From Acaryochloris thomasi RCC1774 (GTDB lineage Bacteria; Cyanobacteriota; Cyanobacteriia; Thermosynechococcales; Thermosynechococcaceae), in assembly GCF_003231495.1 (NCBI RefSeq), contig NZ_PQWO01000003.1, forward strand, positions 210,001 through 242,000: a stretch of 32,000 nt of DNA. The letters run 5' to 3'. The notes beneath the pieces were generated by a model. The model was not told the origin of the DNA. It saw only the letters and a program-made list of their open reading frames with translations, and did no database searches. Of the stretch, positions 27,161-32,000 are shown piece after piece; the first letter of the stretch is position 1; every line of letters starts with the position of its first letter. A program made the translations under genes and the position numbers.

Positions 27161-28351
27161 TTGGAGAAGTGTATTTTGAAGCATCAAGACGTGATCGAAG
27201 CCCACGGTGGTGAACTCATTAATCGCATTGCTTCTGAAGCTCAGCGACAGGAGTTTTTAAGCAAAGCAGAACAGTTACCGAGCGTCCAGTTAGACGCCAG
27301 AGCAACCTCTGATTTAGAGATGATCGCCATCGGTGGCTTTAGCCCGTTGACGGGTTTCATGGAGCAGCAGGACTACGAACAGGTTGTCCACAAAATGCAT
27401 TTGGCCAATGGCCTACCGTGGTCAGTGCCCATTACTTTATCTGTCACTGAAGATATTGCTAATCCCCTAGAGATTGGCTCTCTTGTCCGCCTCAATGATC
27501 CTGATGGCCGTTTTGTGGGCGTCTTGGAGCTGACACAAAAGTATGCCTACGATAAGAAGCAGGAAGCCCTCCAGGTTTATCGAACCGACGAAGATAAGCA
27601 TCCGGGCGTGAAAGTCGTTTACGACCAAGGAGGTATCAACCTTGCGGGTCCAGTTTGGCTACTAGAGCGTCATCCTCATCCCCTGTTCCCCTCTTACCAA
27701 ATCGATCCAGCCCAGTCCCGAGCGCTTTTCAAAGAGAAGGGCTGGCGAACCGTTGTCGGTTTTCAAACTCGTAACCCGATTCATCGCGCCCATGAGTATA
27801 TTCAAAAGTGCGCTTTAGAAACGGTGGATGGTCTCTTTCTGCATCCGCTGGTGGGCGCGACGAAAAGTGACGACATCCCAGCCCACATCCGAATGCGGTG
27901 CTACGAGATTATGATGGAGCATTATTTCCCACAGGATCGCGTCACGCTGGCGATTAATCCAGCAGCGATGCGCTATGCCGGTCCCCGAGAAGCAATTTTC
28001 CATGCTCTTGTGCGTAAAAACTATGGCTGTACTCACTTCATCGTGGGCCGCGACCATGCGGGCGTTGGAGACTACTACGGCACCTACGATGCTCAGCATA
28101 TCTTTGATGAGTTAGACGCTGACGCCATGGGAATCGTGCCGATGAAATTTGAGCATGCATTCTTCTGCAAGAAGACTGAGTCTATGGCAACAACGAAGAC
28201 GAGTCCTAGCGGGCCTGAAGATCGAATTCACCTCTCAGGTACAAAGGTACGCGAAATGCTACGTCGGGGAGAACTTCCCCCTCCTCAGTTCTCTCGTCCT
28301 GAGGTTGCCAAGGTCTTAGCAGAGGCAATGCAGTCAGCTGCAACTGCCTAG
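27161..28351 (+). CDS. sat: sulfate adenylyltransferase (ATP sulfurylase)
   Basis: Motifs: [33 protein letters not shown]. The start is uncertain: TTG at 27161 (longest), or TTG at 27176, which has GGAG 9-10 nt upstream. Confidence 0.93.
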   Translation: MEKCILKHQDVIEAHGGELINRIASEAQRQEFLSKAEQLPSVQLDARATSDLEMIAIGGFSPLTGFMEQQDYEQVVHKMHLANGLPWSVPITLSVTEDIANPLEIGSLVRLNDPDGRFVGVLELTQKYAYDKKQEALQVYRTDEDKHPGVKVVYDQGGINLAGPVWLLERHPHPLFPSYQIDPAQSRALFKEKGWRTVVGFQTRNPIHRAHEYIQKCALETVDGLFLHPLVGATKSDDIPAHIRMRCYEIMMEHYFPQDRVTLAINPAAMRYAGPREAIFHALVRKNYGCTHFIVGRDHAGVGDYYGTYDAQHIFDELDADAMGIVPMKFEHAFFCKKTESMATTKTSPSGPEDRIHLSGTKVREMLRRGELPPPQFSRPEVAKVLAEAMQSAATA

Positions 28352-28381
28352 AGACTACAGCCTTTCTATATTAGTGGATTT

Positions 28382-28424
28382 AACAAAACCGGAATGGGAT
28401 GCTTCTCATTCCGGTTTTGTTGAG
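28382..28424 (+). terminator. intrinsic terminator downstream of sat
   Basis: Perfect 15-bp stem: aacaaaaccggaatg (28382-28396) pairs with cattccggttttgtt (28407-28421) around a 10-nt loop. The T-tract lies within and after the 3' arm. Confidence 0.7.
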
Positions 28425-28494
28425 AAACGGAGATATAGTAAAAGAGCTGGCTGTTGACGACAGTCTATTCACCCGTGCCGTAAAGCGCTCAATC

Positions 28495-30738
28495 ATGTCC
28501 CTGACCCGCCGCGCCTTTTTGCAACAAACCGGTCTCACGCTCGCTGGGCTGGGTTTCGGTGATGTCCTACGAACAGGAGCGCAAAAATATCAGCAGGCTT
28601 TAGCAGATCCTACGCCTCGTAAGTTGGCGTTGCTGGTCGGCATCAATCAGTACGCTTCTGATGCAAAGCTGCCAAATCTGAAGGGATGTCTCACCGATCT
28701 AGATTTACACCGAGAGCTGCTGGTTCATCGGTTTGGATTCAAGCCGGGTGATATCGTTGAGCTGCGTAACAAAGATGCCACTGTCAGCAACTTAGAAGCG
28801 GCGTTGGTTGAACATTTAATCAAGCAGGCTCGCCCCCACGATGTGGTTGTATTTCACTTCAGTGGTTATGGTCGTCAAATTGATGTGAGTCCATCGTTGA
28901 TAGATCGCGTCGATGTTTTACCTGATACTCCTCTCAATGCTCTAGTCCCCTTTGATGCCCTCAACGTTAGCGATGATCAGCCAGAACTCAATGCTTTTTT
29001 GCTGAGGGATTTAAGTCGATTACTGCGATCTCTGACAACGGATCAACTCGTGAGTGTTCTGGACATGGGTCTGACTCACCCAAACACAGATGAACTCGGT
29101 CATCTGCGCGTTCGATCTCTACCCACGGCATCTCTAACCGTCAATGCCGTTCGAGATATTTCGATACAGGATGAGGTCTGGGCGCAGCTTTCACCTAGCG
29201 AACAGCTCAAGCAGCGAATCCAGCGCTCCCAGCGTCTGCCGGGGTTGGCACTGGCGGCGGCTGATAGCGGACAGACTGCGGTAGAAGTGCAGTGGCATAA
29301 TTATGCAGCGGGTCTGTTCACGGCTGCTTTAACCCACGAATTATGGCAGGCCATGCCGGCGACAACCTTAACTTTTGCAATGAATCGCACGGTTACGGAT
29401 GTCGCACAACCGATGGGAGAGATTCAAGTTCCGCAGTTCATAACGCCTCGGAGTCAGCAATCGCTGATCTACGGCGCACCGCAAGAGCCAACGGCGGATG
29501 GAGTTGTAATCGCGAATGATAATGCGGTCTGGCTAGGCGGAATTAGCCCCCACGTGCTAGAGCAGTATGAGCCCCAAACCTGCTTCCAGGTTTTACCGAG
29601 TTCTGAGCCTGTAGCGCCAGCAGTAGGGGCTGAGACAGCGCCACTGCCTTCTAAGCAGCGACAGGTTCAATTGGTTTCAAGATCTGGTTTCACGGGAACG
29701 ACTGAGGTAGAGGGGGAAAAGGATGCTGCCCCTTTGCAAACAGGGCAGCTCCTTCAAGAAGCGATTCGAGTGCTGCCGACCACTCTCGATCTGAATGTGG
29801 CTTTGGGCAAAGCGTTAGACAGAGTGGAGCGGGTTGATGCCACTAGCGCGTTTTCTGATCTAGACCACATGAGTCCAGTGACGACGAGCGATCAGCCTGC
29901 TGATTACTTATTTACCAAGACGGCAATGCTGTCTACCACGGCTGCGAACGAGCCTGAAACAACGGAGAGAACGGCTCCTAGCTATGGTTTATGTCTTTTG
30001 GGGGGTACGCCGCTTTCCGGGAGTTCTGGTGACCCTGGAGAGGCAGTCAAAACAGCCGTTCGTCGTCTGCGACCCATGCTGGAAACGATGCTGGCGGCCA
30101 AGCTAATGGAGATGACGGTAAATGCAGCGGCTTCGAAAGTAGGTGCGATCGCAACTCTAGAGACAATAGAGGCAGATAAACCCAAAACCCTTGTTTCCCA
30201 GTACACTCCCCGAGCACCTTGGACTACATCTGGCCTTGCCAATACAGCTCCTCAAGAATCTATTGTGTCTCTGGAAGCAGGCAGCCAGATTCGCTATCAA
30301 ATTAGCAACTACAGCGATCGTCCTTTGTACTGGCTGTTATTGAGCGTTAACGGCACTCAGCCGATCGCCTGTTACTCCCAAGCCGATCAGTCCGAGGTGA
30401 TTGCCGACCGCATTGCCCCGGGGACCAGCCTAACCGTCCCACCAGAGGGCAACAAGTGGAAACTCCACGGCCCCGCTGGCTTCTGCACAACCTATGTGAT
30501 CGTCAGTCGCCAGCCCCTAACTAAAACCCTGACACATCTTCAAGACCAAGTGGGACAGGATGCCGCAGGTGAAGTGGTCACCTTTTCCGAACTCCTGGAG
30601 GTAACACGTCAGCTCCTAAAAGACCTCAACGACATGAGTACAGAAGCCGCGAAAGCTGCTGAAATTGCAGCAGATGCGGGGTGGGCCTTAGATCTCGATC
30701 AGTGGGCAACCTTTAAGTTTTTCCATCAGGTTGTCTAA
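28495..30738 (+). CDS. Tat-signal caspase-like (peptidase C14 / orthocaspase-fold) protein lacking the His-Cys dyad, with DUF4384-like C-terminal domain
   Basis: The ATG at 28495 gives the leader MSLTRRAFLQQTGLTLAGLGFG. The ORF-track start at 28399 lies inside the sat terminator hairpin, so I rejected it. p20-like motifs: KLALLVGINQY, LKGCLTDLDLHRELL, VVVFHFSGYG (Tyr in place of His) and VLDMGLTH (no Cys). Confidence 0.85.
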   Translation: MSLTRRAFLQQTGLTLAGLGFGDVLRTGAQKYQQALADPTPRKLALLVGINQYASDAKLPNLKGCLTDLDLHRELLVHRFGFKPGDIVELRNKDATVSNLEAALVEHLIKQARPHDVVVFHFSGYGRQIDVSPSLIDRVDVLPDTPLNALVPFDALNVSDDQPELNAFLLRDLSRLLRSLTTDQLVSVLDMGLTHPNTDELGHLRVRSLPTASLTVNAVRDISIQDEVWAQLSPSEQLKQRIQRSQRLPGLALAAADSGQTAVEVQWHNYAAGLFTAALTHELWQAMPATTLTFAMNRTVTDVAQPMGEIQVPQFITPRSQQSLIYGAPQEPTADGVVIANDNAVWLGGISPHVLEQYEPQTCFQVLPSSEPVAPAVGAETAPLPSKQRQVQLVSRSGFTGTTEVEGEKDAAPLQTGQLLQEAIRVLPTTLDLNVALGKALDRVERVDATSAFSDLDHMSPVTTSDQPADYLFTKTAMLSTTAANEPETTERTAPSYGLCLLGGTPLSGSSGDPGEAVKTAVRRLRPMLETMLAAKLMEMTVNAAASKVGAIATLETIEADKPKTLVSQYTPRAPWTTSGLANTAPQESIVSLEAGSQIRYQISNYSDRPLYWLLLSVNGTQPIACYSQADQSEVIADRIAPGTSLTVPPEGNKWKLHGPAGFCTTYVIVSRQPLTKTLTHLQDQVGQDAAGEVVTFSELLEVTRQLLKDLNDMSTEAAKAAEIAADAGWALDLDQWATFKFFHQVV

Positions 30739-31279
30739 ATCCAGCCTCGGTACAAATGGCTTTCAAGGGCTGGTCCCAGGGATCTGTGGGTAATGGCAGC
30801 CGATCGGCATCATCAAAGACAAGGCCAATCGTCTTTAAGTGAGGCCACTGGCTCAGCAGACGATCGTAATATCCTCCCCCGTATCCCAGGCGGTATCCCT
30901 GGGCACTGCAGGCCACGGCTGGAATTAAGATCAGGTCCGCCACTGCAGGTGACAGAATCGGCAGGGTGGCTTTTGGCTCCATGATGCCGTATTTTCCCGG
31001 CTGGAGCTGGTCAAGATCATGGGGCTGCCAATGGTGCCACACCAGCTCGGAACCCACACATCGCGGTACCCCCCATTGGTGCTGATCATCAAATAGGGAC
31101 TGCAGGGTTGGCTCTTGACGGAAACTAAGATAGGCAAAAACGGTGCGTGCCTGCTGAAAAAACGCGGCTTGGCGAAGATGATCAGAGATGCGATCGCTCT
31201 TTTGCTGCCACTCCGCTTCCGGGAGTGCCTGACGTTGCTGTAGCAATTGCCGTCGCAATACCTGTTTAGAAAGCTGCAC
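30713..31279 (-). CDS. 5-formyltetrahydrofolate cyclo-ligase
   Basis: 188 aa with a GTG start. Motifs: LRRQLLQQRQAL, YLSFRQEP, GKYGIMEP, DLILIPAVACSAQGYRLGYGGGYYDR. Confidence 0.85.
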   Translation of the reverse strand: MQLSKQVLRRQLLQQRQALPEAEWQQKSDRISDHLRQAAFFQQARTVFAYLSFRQEPTLQSLFDDQHQWGVPRCVGSELVWHHWQPHDLDQLQPGKYGIMEPKATLPILSPAVADLILIPAVACSAQGYRLGYGGGYYDRLLSQWPHLKTIGLVFDDADRLPLPTDPWDQPLKAICTEAGFRQPDGKT

Positions 31280-31281
31280 GT

Positions 31282-32000
31282 CTAAAACCGGGTTGCGACC
31301 AATAGAAAAAGACTATCCACCATCAATGTGCCCAACACCGCCCCAGAAAAAACCCAGCGATAGAGACGGCGATCATGATCCATACTCCCGGAAAGAAGAG
31401 GGACAATACCAATCACACACAGGGCCAAAATCAGGGCCATCGCCCAGCCCGAGCCCCAAGGTGTCTGAACCTTGACGAGGGCCGATTGAAGAACGGTAAA
31501 AGCCTGAGTCTGATCAACGCGGAGTAAGCTACGCCAAAAGGGAATCAAATCAACAAGATAGAAATATAAATCGGTAATCGCGGTCCCCAAGAGAGACCCA
31601 AGGTAGAAGCCCATACCCACTCGACACCAAGAGGCTCGCCAAGCCCAAATAGCAAACGGTAGAGCAATCGCTTCTAAAGGAATGTGCAAGAGCGGTTCCC
31701 ATCGGAACCAACCCCAATAAATTGACCCCGCAAACCAAGCCAGGGTAAACCCAATCAGCAGGTCGCCCCATAACTGGAGACGCGGCCGAGTTCGCAGATA
31801 ACTGCCCGTCCCTAACCAGCCAAGTGAAGCAAGTAGGCTCAAGGTGGGCCACTGGCGCACCAAAGGAGCTTGAACGAAGACAGGCAGGGTCACTAACAAA
31901 ACAGACGCACCAAAAAGCCACCAATGGAGGCGGCTTTCTAAAATATCTATTTTTGGACTGTCTAATACTGGCTGTACAAGCGGTTCGGTCGGTTTAACAC
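31282..32000 (-). CDS. DUF3120-like integral membrane protein (5' end beyond the window)
   Basis: The frame stays open from 31899 to the window edge (..SRLHWWLFGASVLLVTLPVFVQAPLVR..), so the in-window TTG at 31899 is probably not the start. The protein is multi-TM. Its stop lies 2 nt upstream of the cyclo-ligase start. Confidence 0.7.
   Translation of the reverse strand, partial: VKPTEPLVQPVLDSPKIDILESRLHWWLFGASVLLVTLPVFVQAPLVRQWPTLSLLASLGWLGTGSYLRTRPRLQLWGDLLIGFTLAWFAGSIYWGWFRWEPLLHIPLEAIALPFAIWAWRASWCRVGMGFYLGSLLGTAITDLYFYLVDLIPFWRSLLRVDQTQAFTVLQSALVKVQTPWGSGWAMALILALCVIGIVPLLSGSMDHDRRLYRWVFSGAVLGTLMVDSLFLLVATRF

Noticed and set aside
28399-28494. N-terminal extension of the caspase-like ORF as given in the ORF track (MLLIPVLLRNGD...).
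   Set aside because: The proposed start lies inside the 15-bp-stem sat terminator hairpin. The ATG at 28495 produces a canonical twin-arginine leader at the very N-terminus.
1-32000. Whole-window check for a mobile or defence island (integrase, transposase, IS ends, tRNA-flanked direct repeats, restriction-modification, toxin-antitoxin, cas, reverse transcriptase).
   Set aside because: None of these hallmarks is visible. The two tRNAs are not flanked by repeats or integrases. HIP1 copies are spread through the window, consistent with native core chromosome.

Overview
This window reads as core chromosome from a cyanobacterium. Coding sequence is about 50% G+C. There are 11 exact copies of the HIP1 octamer GCGATCGC, and several cyanobacteria-typical genes (hemJ, ycf54, and DUF2949-, DUF2555-, DUF4330- and DUF3120-like ORFs; DUF names are from memory). 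I call 28 CDS: two are cut by the window edges and two are low-confidence small ORFs. I also call 2 tRNAs (Leu-GAG, Arg-ACG), 4 hairpin terminators and one in-frame 15-bp tandem repeat. Most genes are housekeeping: nadA, moaC, coaBC, hemL, hemJ, phoD-family, purM, ycf54, map, ppc, a phosphohexomutase, sat and 5-formyl-THF cyclo-ligase. I found no transposase, integrase, CRISPR array, toxin-antitoxin or restriction pair, or phage gene, so this is not an obvious mobile or defence island. I cannot demonstrate a coherent multi-gene novel system from sequence alone. The best candidates for follow-up are single unusual proteins. (1) A Tat-signal caspase-like protein with both catalytic dyad residues replaced and a DUF4384-like tail. 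(2) An 866-aa pentapeptide-repeat protein built from three repeat blocks, two duplicated non-repeat linkers and an unassigned C-terminal domain. (3) A PpsA-like PEP-utilising protein with an eroded ATP-grasp signature, sitting behind map and ppc. (4) A secreted proline-rich protein carrying two copies of an unassigned ~83-aa domain. Smaller observations (mini-ORFs, an AT-rich islet, overlaps, hairpins) are listed with low scores.
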